Virus record (IMG/VR): IMGVR_UViG_3300005095_000128
Span: 19,582 to 83,581 of that record
DNA: 64,000 nucleotides
Reading direction: 5' to 3' (one strand)
Source: a virus
Positions 1 through 7,754 of this stretch are shown here, in pieces. A program made the position numbers and the translations under genes. The notes under the pieces are model-generated. The model did not search any database. It was not told where the DNA came from and worked only from the letters and a program-made list of their open reading frames with translations. Within the stretch, counting starts at the first letter, position 1. The number at the start of each line of letters is the position of its first letter.

Positions 1-1326
1 CTTCGAGAATAGCTTGGCTGTCTTGACCTCGAAACGCCGGAGGTCGAAGAGAATGCTATCGAGCGAGCTACGGAACTTATTCAGGACCTCACGGTCCTTG
101 TCGAAGGCGGAGAAAAGCGCAACGCGCTTGAACTCGCGGAGCCTCGCGAGTTGCGTCATGAGCACGCCAACGGCCTCCTCGGCGGCATTGGCGTTGGTCG
201 CAATCAAAACGAGGTTGTTGGCAAAGGTGGCAAGACCGGGCGCGTTGGCGGCAGCGTGCGCCATGAGCAGGCTACGCGCCATCGCATCAAGCATCTTCCC
301 GGTTTGGTAGCTCGCGAGGCCGAGCTCGGTGATGATCATGTTGGCCTCGCGGAACGCCCGCACACCGAGCGCAATGGCGCGGATGGTATCGGCCATCGTG
401 CGCTTGACGGTGGTGACAAAGCGCAAGATGTTCGATACGGTGAGGAAGATCACGCCGCCAAGCAGGGTAGCGATGCTCGCCCAGGTAGCGAACATACCGA
501 GAATCGTCCTAATGGGTCGCGGCAACGCATTGAGCACGTCGAGCGTCACGCGGATGCTCGTGATGAACGGCGCGAGGCCAGCGGCAACGCCCTTACCAAA
601 ATCCTGAATAAAACGACGCCAGGAGCGGGTGAGCTTCTGAATCTCGCCGCGGAAGCCAGAGAGATATTCCCGCGCGAGACCCACACGGTTCGCCGTGGAC
701 TGGATGACCAGGTTGTACATTGCCTGGCGCTTCTCGGCCTCGGTGAGCGCGGAAACGCTCTTGTTGAGCGCGTCGGCGTATTGCGCAAAGGCGGTGGATA
801 TGTTCTCGGCGATACCAACCGAGTTGAGCAGGATCGACCGCTCCTGCAAGAGCGCCGAGGCGCCGGCCTCCATACCGTCGGCAATGTCCTGACCAACGTT
901 CACGGCGGCGTCGGCGAACCGCTCAAGAAGTACGGTAGCCTCTTCGATGGCATACCCCTTACGAAGCAAGAGGCCCATCGCGTTGGCCACCTGGTCGGGC
1001 AAAATGTCGAACTGATCGGAGAGACGCTGCACGGCGGCCGTCGCCACGTCCATCGACTCGCCGGAAGTGCGCACCGCCTGCTCGAAGGAGGCGAGCTTCA
1101 AGCGAATCACATCGGCCTGGGTAGCAATGTCGTAGAGGTTTTCCACCCAGTTCCGCCCGGCAACGGACATCTGGAAGCCGAGAACGGTAGCATTCCACAA
1201 TGCACCCTGGGTCTGCTCGATGGCAGCGGTGAACACAGACCACGCATGCTCGAGCGAGCGCATCGACTGCATGAACTGTTGCGCTTCGAGTGCTAGCGCA
1301 ACGCGAAATACCCGTTGCTCTGCCAT
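1..1326 (-). CDS. Tail tape measure protein, N-terminal part (runs off the left edge)
   Basis: Absent from the ORF track because it is truncated. ATG at 1326 follows AAGGAAGGGGG, reading MAEQRVFRVALALEAQQFMQ. Ala-rich helical sequence downstream of the tail chaperones. Confidence 0.85.
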   Translation of the reverse strand, partial: MAEQRVFRVALALEAQQFMQSMRSLEHAWSVFTAAIEQTQGALWNATVLGFQMSVAGRNWVENLYDIATQADVIRLKLASFEQAVRTSGESMDVATAAVQRLSDQFDILPDQVANAMGLLLRKGYAIEEATVLLERFADAAVNVGQDIADGMEAGASALLQERSILLNSVGIAENISTAFAQYADALNKSVSALTEAEKRQAMYNLVIQSTANRVGLAREYLSGFRGEIQKLTRSWRRFIQDFGKGVAAGLAPFITSIRVTLDVLNALPRPIRTILGMFATWASIATLLGGVIFLTVSNILRFVTTVKRTMADTIRAIALGVRAFREANMIITELGLASYQTGKMLDAMARSLLMAHAAANAPGLATFANNLVLIATNANAAEEAVGVLMTQLARLREFKRVALFSAFDKDREVLNKFRSSLDSILFDLRRFEVKTAKLFSK

Positions 1327-1342
1327 AACTCACCCCCTTCCT

Positions 1343-1930
1343 TTAACGGCGTAAGACAATCCGGCGAGTCTCAGGTTTGTCGTACCGTCTTGCCCACGCA
1401 TCGAGCACACGGCCGAGGCGGTTGTAGTAGAGGTAGTTCCCCGTTGCAATGATCGCCGGAATCATGTGCGGCCGTGGCGGCATCTCGTGCCAGCCGTACT
1501 TACCAAAGAAGCGCACGAAGACGCCAGTTTGCGACTTACCCATCGCTTTTGCCACGACCGACGTGATGTCGTCGATGTCCCGGGCATACTGCCCCTGACC
1601 AAGCTCAACAACCGATGGATACGGGAAGAAAAGCTGACCCATCGTCGGGTCGCGGTTGACCGCCGTATTGTAGAGACCTACGTCGAGGTTCAAGGCTCCA
1701 CGATATACGCCGTAGGCGTTGATGCCTTCCATCAACTGGTAAGTGCGGTCGTATACCTTTGGCTGATATACGTCGTAGACCTCGAAGACGAGCCGCGACG
1801 CCTCACGCAATGCGTAGTAACGCAACTCGGCGGCTAGGTTGCGACCGTACTGGCGGAAGAAGGGGAGTGCCCGCTTAAGCCAGTTGGTCACGTTGTCGCG
1901 CACGGTGAGGCCAATCTGGAAACTCGGCAT
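1343..1930 (-). CDS. Putative virion/tail-completion protein (possibly HK97 gp10-like)
   Basis: Start re-called to MPSFQIG after SD AAGGAAGGAGG, because the longer ORF runs through the tRNAs. VVELG...HEMPPRPHMIPA resembles gp10-like C-termini. Confidence 0.5.
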   Translation of the reverse strand: MPSFQIGLTVRDNVTNWLKRALPFFRQYGRNLAAELRYYALREASRLVFEVYDVYQPKVYDRTYQLMEGINAYGVYRGALNLDVGLYNTAVNRDPTMGQLFFPYPSVVELGQGQYARDIDDITSVVAKAMGKSQTGVFVRFFGKYGWHEMPPRPHMIPAIIATGNYLYYNRLGRVLDAWARRYDKPETRRIVLRR

Positions 1931-1947
1931 GCCCCCTCCTTCCTTAT

Positions 1948-2022
1948 TGGCTGGCCGGGCAGGACTCGAACCTGCACCGCCGGGTCCAAAGCCCGATGTG
2001 CTGCCGATTACACCACCGGCCA
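1948..2022 (-). tRNA. tRNA-Gln(UUG) with encoded CCA
   Basis: Cloverleaf TGGCCGG...CTTTGGA anticodon loop...GCAGG TTCGAGT CCTGC CCGGCCA G CCA. Confidence 0.95.
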
Positions 2023-2025
2023 ATG

Positions 2026-2100
2026 TGGCTGGCCGGGTAGGAGTCGAACCTACGACCAGGCGGTTAACAGCCGCCCGCTCTACCACTGAGCTACCGGCCA
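2026..2100 (-). tRNA. tRNA-Asn(GUU) with encoded CCA
   Basis: TGGCCGG TA GCTC AGTGGTA GAGC G GGCGG CTGTTAA CCGCC...GTAGG TTCGACT CCTAC CCGGCCA G CCA. Confidence 0.96.
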
Positions 2101-2106
2101 GCGAAT

Positions 2107-2511
2107 CTAGCTCCCCCCGCCCATGAGGGCGGAAAGGAAGAACTTCTCCATCTCCTTCGCGAGCTCTTCGCCACTCTTCTTTTGCGGCGTCGAACGCTCG
2201 GCCTCATCGACATTCACGCCAAGCACGCGATAGAGGCGCTTGACGTGCTCCTTGAACCCAACCGGGTCGCTCTTACCGCCGCCACGAATCAGGCGGCCGT
2301 GTTCGTCGTAATGTTTGATCTCAGCCGAAATCTCGTTGGAGGCCACCCGATCGTTGATCCAGTCGAGCCGGCGGCGAACGTCGTTGCGCACGGCGGCGTA
2401 CCACAAAGCGGCAGCATCAGGGATGGGCCAGTTTGCCACCTCGAACGGAGATACGCCATACCGATGCGCCAGGAAATCCACCATGTCCCATGTGGGAATG
2501 GGACGAATCAC
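2107..2511 (-). CDS. Tail assembly chaperone, second (frameshifted gpT-like) segment
   Basis: Lies in the -1 frame relative to 2556..2984. That frame is open back to 2697. Confidence 0.7.
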   Translation of the reverse strand: MIRPIPTWDMVDFLAHRYGVSPFEVANWPIPDAAALWYAAVRNDVRRRLDWINDRVASNEISAEIKHYDEHGRLIRGGGKSDPVGFKEHVKRLYRVLGVNVDEAERSTPQKKSGEELAKEMEKFFLSALMGGGS

Positions 2512-2555
2512 CTGAAGGAAGATCTCTAGGGCGCGGCGAATGAATCCGATGAGAT

Positions 2556-2984
2556 CTAGCTCTTCGCCTCCGCCATCCTGGTGATTTGCGGCGCCTCCTG
2601 CTCCGGCTCCACCTGCTGCACCATCTCGGTTAGCGCCCGAGCCACGTTCGCCACCATCGGCTCGAGGCGCTTCAACAAGTTTGGGACGCCGTTCACCTCA
2701 TAAACGGCAATGAGCACTTCCACCAAATCGTCGATGCCGGTGATCTTCTCGGCCTCCTCTTCGCTAGGAACCGACGCCTCGACGATCTGCACCACGGCAT
2801 CCCACTTGCTCTCAACGAAGAGCGCGAGCGAGCTTGCCAGCTTGTCGGGTGTGGTTGCAAGCTCCCCAAAGAGCTTCACCAAGTCGGTGACGACGCCGAT
2901 GAGCAGCTTCTGATCCTTGAGCTTGAGCGCATTGATGGTAACCGAGTTGCCGGAAGGAAGCTGAACCGCCTTGGAACGAGCCAC
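2556..2984 (-). CDS. Tail assembly chaperone (gpG-like)
   Basis: Located between major tail and tape measure genes. Contains the in-frame slippery heptamer C CCA AAC. Confidence 0.8.
   Translation of the reverse strand: MARSKAVQLPSGNSVTINALKLKDQKLLIGVVTDLVKLFGELATTPDKLASSLALFVESKWDAVVQIVEASVPSEEEAEKITGIDDLVEVLIAVYEVNGVPNLLKRLEPMVANVARALTEMVQQVEPEQEAPQITRMAEAKS
2679..2685 (-). other. Programmed -1 ribosomal frameshift site CCCAAAC
   Basis: X XXY YYZ pattern in the correct phase (GTC CCA AAC). The -1 frame has no stop until 2107. Confidence 0.8.
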
Positions 2985-3019
2985 TATCTCACCTCTCCTT
3001 TGCTATACATGCATGCACA

Positions 3020-3062
3020 AACAACAAAAGGCGGGGGTATGGAATCAAATCCATACCCCCGC
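3020..3062 (-). terminator. Intrinsic terminator after major tail gene
   Basis: 13-bp stem GCGGGGGTATGGA/TCCATACCCCCGC followed by CTTTTGTTGTTT on the minus strand. Confidence 0.85.
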
Positions 3063-3092
3063 AATGAAGATAAAGACTAAGCGCCTAGGCTA

Positions 3093-3929
3093 CTAGAGCG
3101 TGATGTCGTAGCGGATGTAGCCGAACGGCGCGGGCCGCGGAGTACCGCCCACGTTGACGGTCGCGTTCTTGTCGTAGAGCGCCTCGAAGTTGAACTCGAA
3201 CTGGGACACCTCGGTGACGTTGAAGTTCGCGGTGCCGGTGGGCTTGAGCGACCCGATGGTGTGGAAGTACTGCCAGTTCTTGCCGACGGGGCCAGCCCGG
3301 AAGGTGACCCGCACGCGACCCTCGATCGCATCCGCAGTGAGCGGAGTGATCACGGTCGAGTCACCCTCGGTGTAGGAGTAGTCCACGAGAACGGTCGCAC
3401 CCGCCGGGATCGCGCCGTCGGGGTCGCGGAACAGGTAGGGCTTACCATCCGGCCCGATGACGATCTCGTAGTCGGTACCAGCGGTGTAGGTGGTGGTACC
3501 AGTGCTGTCGGTTACCACCGGCGCCGGGGTGGCAAGCGGAACGTTCTGCAGCGGAGCAAGGTTGTTGGTCCCGAAGGTAGTGCTCTCGTCAACCACGCTC
3601 TGGGTGGTCCCGCTCTCATGGTAGCCGGAGCCCATGAAGAGCACCGACATGTTGAAAGGATGAGCCTCATCCACCGTAAAAGTAAAGCTAAGCGCCTTGG
3701 AAATCACCACGCTCAGGTCCTTCACCTGAGTTCCGGGGCGCGGGTCGTAGTGGTCGTAGGTCTCGAGGTTCACGTTGGGCGTGAACCCGGTGATCGGACC
3801 CAGGTTCACCCACACCCCCGAGTACGACCCACCAATCTTGGGGTCGATCTCGAAGGTGATACCACCCATCGCATAGTACTCGACCCCGTTCTTCCCAAGG
3901 TCAACAGTAGGGAAGGTGTAGTCTGCCAT
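3093..3929 (-). CDS. Major tail (tube) protein
   Basis: 278 aa, Thr/Gly-rich beta-strand pattern with an Ig-like insertion (TYTAGTDYEI...VLVDYSY). Position fits. Confidence 0.85.
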   Translation of the reverse strand: MADYTFPTVDLGKNGVEYYAMGGITFEIDPKIGGSYSGVWVNLGPITGFTPNVNLETYDHYDPRPGTQVKDLSVVISKALSFTFTVDEAHPFNMSVLFMGSGYHESGTTQSVVDESTTFGTNNLAPLQNVPLATPAPVVTDSTGTTTYTAGTDYEIVIGPDGKPYLFRDPDGAIPAGATVLVDYSYTEGDSTVITPLTADAIEGRVRVTFRAGPVGKNWQYFHTIGSLKPTGTANFNVTEVSQFEFNFEALYDKNATVNVGGTPRPAPFGYIRYDITL

Positions 3930-3941
3930 CTCTTACCTCCT

Positions 3942-4373
3942 TCAAACTTCGGTCACTACCGTCTCTAGGTAGACCTGCCAGATGTAAACGCCATCGCCAA
4001 CGACCAGGCCGCCACCAAGCTCGGCCGCAATCACCGGTTCCCCCGGCCGCACGCGCTCGACAGCATTGATCACCGCCGACATGAGCCGCTCGGAGTACTC
4101 GTAAGCATCCACCGGCTCACCGTCGATCGCGTACTCGTCGCCGAACGGAACGACTACCTCGGCGACGAGCCGCACGCGCCACCGCTTGAAGCCATCCTTC
4201 ACGTGGCTTTGCGGGTAATAGAAGATATGCGGCCCAAGGGACGTGCGATCCTGGAACGAATAAAGCCGGTTGATGGGGATGACGCCGCCAGTCGCGAGCG
4301 CCTGCACGGTGACATCGCTAGAAATGAGCTCGTAAACGCGACGCCTAGCCTCGCGTAAAGTCCACCCGCTCAC
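3942..4373 (-). CDS. Putative tail terminator protein
   Basis: 143 aa immediately upstream of the tail tube gene. Called by synteny. Confidence 0.55.
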   Translation of the reverse strand: MSGWTLREARRRVYELISSDVTVQALATGGVIPINRLYSFQDRTSLGPHIFYYPQSHVKDGFKRWRVRLVAEVVVPFGDEYAIDGEPVDAYEYSERLMSAVINAVERVRPGEPVIAAELGGGLVVGDGVYIWQVYLETVVTEV

Positions 4374-4735
4374 GTTTCCACCACCAGGAGCTCCTCGTGC
4401 GACGGGTAGCGTAGCACATTGCGCACGGCATACCGCTTGCCATCAGCATCGACAAAGAGCTCATCGACGCCAAAGCCAACCGGGTCCGTCGCCACAATGT
4501 GTACGCGCCCACCATTTTGACGCACGAAATCCTCGAAGCCGGCAACCGCCGAATCACGATACAGACTCGGCTGCCACATGATGTAGCGGATCGTCTGCTC
4601 GATCTCGCGTCCCGGGCGTGGGGATCCCGTCTCCGGGTCAACCGTGGCCACGGTGCGGTACACCCGCTTACCGATCAAACCACGGTTCGCGAGGAGGGAG
4701 CGGATCCCCGCCCCTAACCCCAGCAACGGCATCAC
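4370..4735 (-). CDS. Putative head closure/stopper protein
   Basis: About 120 aa, beta-rich, with DGKRYAVRNV motif. Synteny. Confidence 0.55.
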   Translation of the reverse strand: MMPLLGLGAGIRSLLANRGLIGKRVYRTVATVDPETGSPRPGREIEQTIRYIMWQPSLYRDSAVAGFEDFVRQNGGRVHIVATDPVGFGVDELFVDADGKRYAVRNVLRYPSHEELLVVET

Positions 4736-5132
4736 CCCCTAGCCAGTCGAAGCCGGCCTGAGATAGATAGCGGATCGCATTGCTCAAGTAGCGATTCGCG
4801 GTTGCAGCAGCCGCTTGCGGATCACGCGCAATCTCGAGCGAGCCGGCACGCTCCCGCACGGCATCGCTTGCCCGCTTGGCCATCTCGAGGTCGTAGCGCA
4901 CGAGCCAGTACTCGGCCCACCGTAAGTTGCGCTGGTCCTCGGTGGCTGTATCGGTAGCGAGCGCACTCACCGCGTCACGGTACGTCGACTCTGGTACCGA
5001 CTTGCGAAGCGTGAGGTAGGCTCGCTCAATAGCATCGCGAATGGCGTCACGTAGACCGTTCTCGTCCTTAGCGCCGAACTGGTCTGGCGTATACAGGCCG
5101 ATGTAGTCGTCGACGCTCGTGAGGTATTGCAT
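4668..5132 (-). CDS. Putative head-tail adaptor protein
   Basis: Helical 154 aa with RERAGSLEI hairpin motif, downstream of the capsid gene. Confidence 0.55.
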   Translation of the reverse strand: MQYLTSVDDYIGLYTPDQFGAKDENGLRDAIRDAIERAYLTLRKSVPESTYRDAVSALATDTATEDQRNLRWAEYWLVRYDLEMAKRASDAVRERAGSLEIARDPQAAAATANRYLSNAIRYLSQAGFDWLGGDAVAGVRGGDPLPPREPWFDR

Positions 5133-5134
5133 CG

Positions 5135-5497
5135 CTACTCCTCGTCAGAGGAAGCAAACGCCTCGCGAATCTGCTTTAACTTGGCGGGGCCAATCCCCTC
5201 CAGCGCGAGAAGCTCGTCGTCATCGGCGGCCTTCACCTCTTCCGGGGTGTAGCCGAACTTGACGAGCGTCTCCACGATGTCGGCCCGGAGATCTTTGGGC
5301 CACTTGGCACTCTTGCGCTTCTCTACGGCCTTCTCTTCTACCTCAACGATCTGCCCGGTAGACAGCCAACGCATGACGTACTGGGTGAGCTCCACCTCGA
5401 CCGGCTCGGTGCCAATCATGACGCCAGACGCCGGATCGGTGAAGGCTCCACCGTACCTAGCAATCTTGTCGTTGACGCGCACCTTGATCTTGGGCAC
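5135..5497 (-). CDS. Helix-hairpin-helix domain protein
   Basis: C-terminal ELLALEGIGPAKLKQIRE HhH motif. Confidence 0.7.
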   Translation of the reverse strand: MPKIKVRVNDKIARYGGAFTDPASGVMIGTEPVEVELTQYVMRWLSTGQIVEVEEKAVEKRKSAKWPKDLRADIVETLVKFGYTPEEVKAADDDELLALEGIGPAKLKQIREAFASSDEE

Positions 5498-5551
5498 GCT
5501 ATCCCCTCCTATAAGGGATGGGGCCGGGCAAATGCCCGGCCCCAGGCTTCA

Positions 5552-6622
5552 TTACACCAGAGTGATGGTGCGCGAAGCGCCGGTGAAGAGTTTGGCGTAG
5601 CCAACCACCTCGGAGAAAGCGATGACGTTGAACTGCTGGGTAATGAGCCGCTCGGTCTCGACGAGCTCGGAGCCCTCCTCGTAGACCTCCTCAAGGGCGT
5701 ACCGCTTGTCGACGGCGAGCACCTTGTTCGCGATCTCCGGGGTGGACTCGACGAACCGGAGCTCCTTGCCGAGGGGCATCGGCCACTGGCCAGTATCCCG
5801 GAAGTTCGCACCGGTGGCGGTGGAGTCCTTGGCGGTGAAGATGTCGAGCTTGAGGATATCGCGCACGACGGTGCCCTTGTCGCCCACGAGCACGTTGGGC
5901 TCGAAGCCCTGAGTGAAGTCAACCACGAGGTCGACGAGGTGCTCGAAGGCAAGCGGGGCAGTCACGTTCCGGTTGGGCGCCGGGTTCGCGTTGCCGTCAC
6001 CGTTAATGAGGGTGGCAACCGCCCGACGCACCTTGGCCCGGCGGGTATCAAGCGCAATCTTCCGCACGAAGGTGGCCAGGTGGTCGAGCCGCGACCGGCG
6101 CACCGCCTCGTAGCTCATCTTAAGCTGAGCGCCGTACTTGTAGAGGCTGATCGCCTGCTCGTGCCGCTGCACGATCACCGCGGGGAGCTCGGCGCCCTCG
6201 GAAACCTCGAGGAGCTCCACCGACTGGTCCTCGTCGATGTACTCACCCCGGTAGGCGCCGGAATTGATCCCCACGCGGGAAGCGATGATGTCCTGGATCT
6301 TGAGCTCGTTCGCCCCCTCCTGCTCGGCGAACCGGAACTCACGCACCAGGAACTCGGGGAAGAGCACCCGCGCGTTGGGGTCGTAGAAGAAGGCATCACC
6401 GGTGGACGCCTTCTCACCCCGCACCCGGATGCCGAACTGCATCAGCGCCTGCTCGAAGGCATCGAGCTCCTTGAGCTCGGGGTTGTACCACTCAAAGAGG
6501 TGCCCTTCGCCCTTGGAGGCGGTCTTCGCCTTCCAATCGAGCCACTCGCTGAAGGTCATCCCGGCCTTGGCGGCCTCCTGATACATGCCAATTTCAAACT
6601 TGGGCTTGACGTTCTTGCTCAT
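5552..6622 (-). CDS. Major capsid protein (HK97 fold)
   Basis: 356 aa with VSEGAELP...LYKYGAQLKMSYEAVRR motif and LINGDG. Strong SD and a downstream hairpin at 5520-5543. Confidence 0.92.
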   Translation of the reverse strand: MSKNVKPKFEIGMYQEAAKAGMTFSEWLDWKAKTASKGEGHLFEWYNPELKELDAFEQALMQFGIRVRGEKASTGDAFFYDPNARVLFPEFLVREFRFAEQEGANELKIQDIIASRVGINSGAYRGEYIDEDQSVELLEVSEGAELPAVIVQRHEQAISLYKYGAQLKMSYEAVRRSRLDHLATFVRKIALDTRRAKVRRAVATLINGDGNANPAPNRNVTAPLAFEHLVDLVVDFTQGFEPNVLVGDKGTVVRDILKLDIFTAKDSTATGANFRDTGQWPMPLGKELRFVESTPEIANKVLAVDKRYALEEVYEEGSELVETERLITQQFNVIAFSEVVGYAKLFTGASRTITLV

Positions 6623-6650
6623 GTTGTACCTCCAATCACATTCGCGCTAG

Positions 6651-7004
6651 CTAGCTAAGGTAAACAGCGATCTCGCCGGTGGTGTCGTCCTCCTCGATCA
6701 CCAGCACCTTGTGCGCACCAGCGGAAACCTTGATCCGCCCATCGCCAGTCACGGCAACGGTCGCGTACCCGGGCGGGTTGATGCTACCGTCTTGCTTGAC
6801 AACCATCATCCCGCCAACCTGCACGGTGGCCATCCCGCGGTCGTCGATTGCGATCACCTTACCCACAAAAGGGACGTCGGGCTCGCCGCGACCAACTACA
6901 CCCTGTTCGACGAAAGTCACCGCATCACCAACCTGGACCGTTCCGTCGTGCTTGAAGGTCCAGGTATCCGCCATTCCAAGCCGATACTTATCCAGCTTAG
7001 CCAT
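6651..7004 (-). CDS. Capsid decoration/cement protein paralogue 3 (DUF2190-like)
   Basis: Shares TFxHDGT, GxAV, FxGKV, ATVQ motifs with the two upstream ORFs. Confidence 0.6.
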   Translation of the reverse strand: MAKLDKYRLGMADTWTFKHDGTVQVGDAVTFVEQGVVGRGEPDVPFVGKVIAIDDRGMATVQVGGMMVVKQDGSINPPGYATVAVTGDGRIKVSAGAHKVLVIEEDDTTGEIAVYLS

Positions 7005-7015
7005 AAGCTACCTCC

Positions 7016-7354
7016 CTACGCGCCCGGCAGTAGCGCAATCTCCCCGGGGGAGATCCGCAACACCAAGCACCGCCTTCCGTTCGTATCGTCGATGCGGGCA
7101 ACGCCGTCCTCAACGGAAAACCCGCGAATGGTGCCAGCCATCGGAGCAAGGCCGGTGAATGGAACGACGAGCACGCCGTCAAACTGCACGGTCGCCTTGT
7201 CGCCGCTCACCTGCAAGACCTTGCCAAAGAGCGGGCCTGTGTTCTGCACAACATCGCCCGCTCCATTCACCGATACGGCTTTGCCCACTTCCACGAGAGG
7301 ATCGGCAATGTCAAGCGAGACCGTCCTCCCGATAAACCGGAGATCCTTGAACAT
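7016..7354 (-). CDS. Capsid decoration/cement protein paralogue 2
   Basis: VGKAV, LFGKVLQV, ATVQFDG motifs. Confidence 0.6.
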   Translation of the reverse strand: MFKDLRFIGRTVSLDIADPLVEVGKAVSVNGAGDVVQNTGPLFGKVLQVSGDKATVQFDGVLVVPFTGLAPMAGTIRGFSVEDGVARIDDTNGRRCLVLRISPGEIALLPGA

Positions 7355-7363
7355 GTGCACCCC

Positions 7364-7741
7364 CTACCGCAAGCGCACAACCACGCGCTGGTTCGCCTCG
7401 TCCACTTCGATCACGTCCACGTTCGTCACCTGATCAAGTGGCAACGACGTGTCGAAGCTCACGCCACCAGCACCGTCGAGCGTCATCTGCACTCCAACGC
7501 CAATGAGCGGCGTCGGCCCCGAATACCTAGCAGTCACAAGCCCGGCGTAAACGATGGTGGCCTTCTCGGCACCCACGCGAATGGCCTTACCGAACGGGCG
7601 AACTCCAGGACCAGCACGTCCCACGAGCGCCGGCCCGACCAGGCCAACCATGTCGCCTTCCTGGATCGTGCCGTCGTGGGCGAACGTGTAGGTATTCGGG
7701 TTGAGTAGCTCGTACTGCTTGTACCGCCGCTCAAGGTCCAT
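7364..7741 (-). CDS. Capsid decoration/cement protein paralogue 1
   Basis: TFAHDGTIQEGDMV, PFGKAIRV, ATIVYAG motifs. Confidence 0.6.
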   Translation of the reverse strand: MDLERRYKQYELLNPNTYTFAHDGTIQEGDMVGLVGPALVGRAGPGVRPFGKAIRVGAEKATIVYAGLVTARYSGPTPLIGVGVQMTLDGAGGVSFDTSLPLDQVTNVDVIEVDEANQRVVVRLR

Positions 7742-7754
7742 GACGCCCTCCTAG

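Noticed and set aside
1931-2086. N-terminal extension of ORF 1343-2086
   Set aside because: It runs through two tRNA genes. A strong SD supports the start at 1930.
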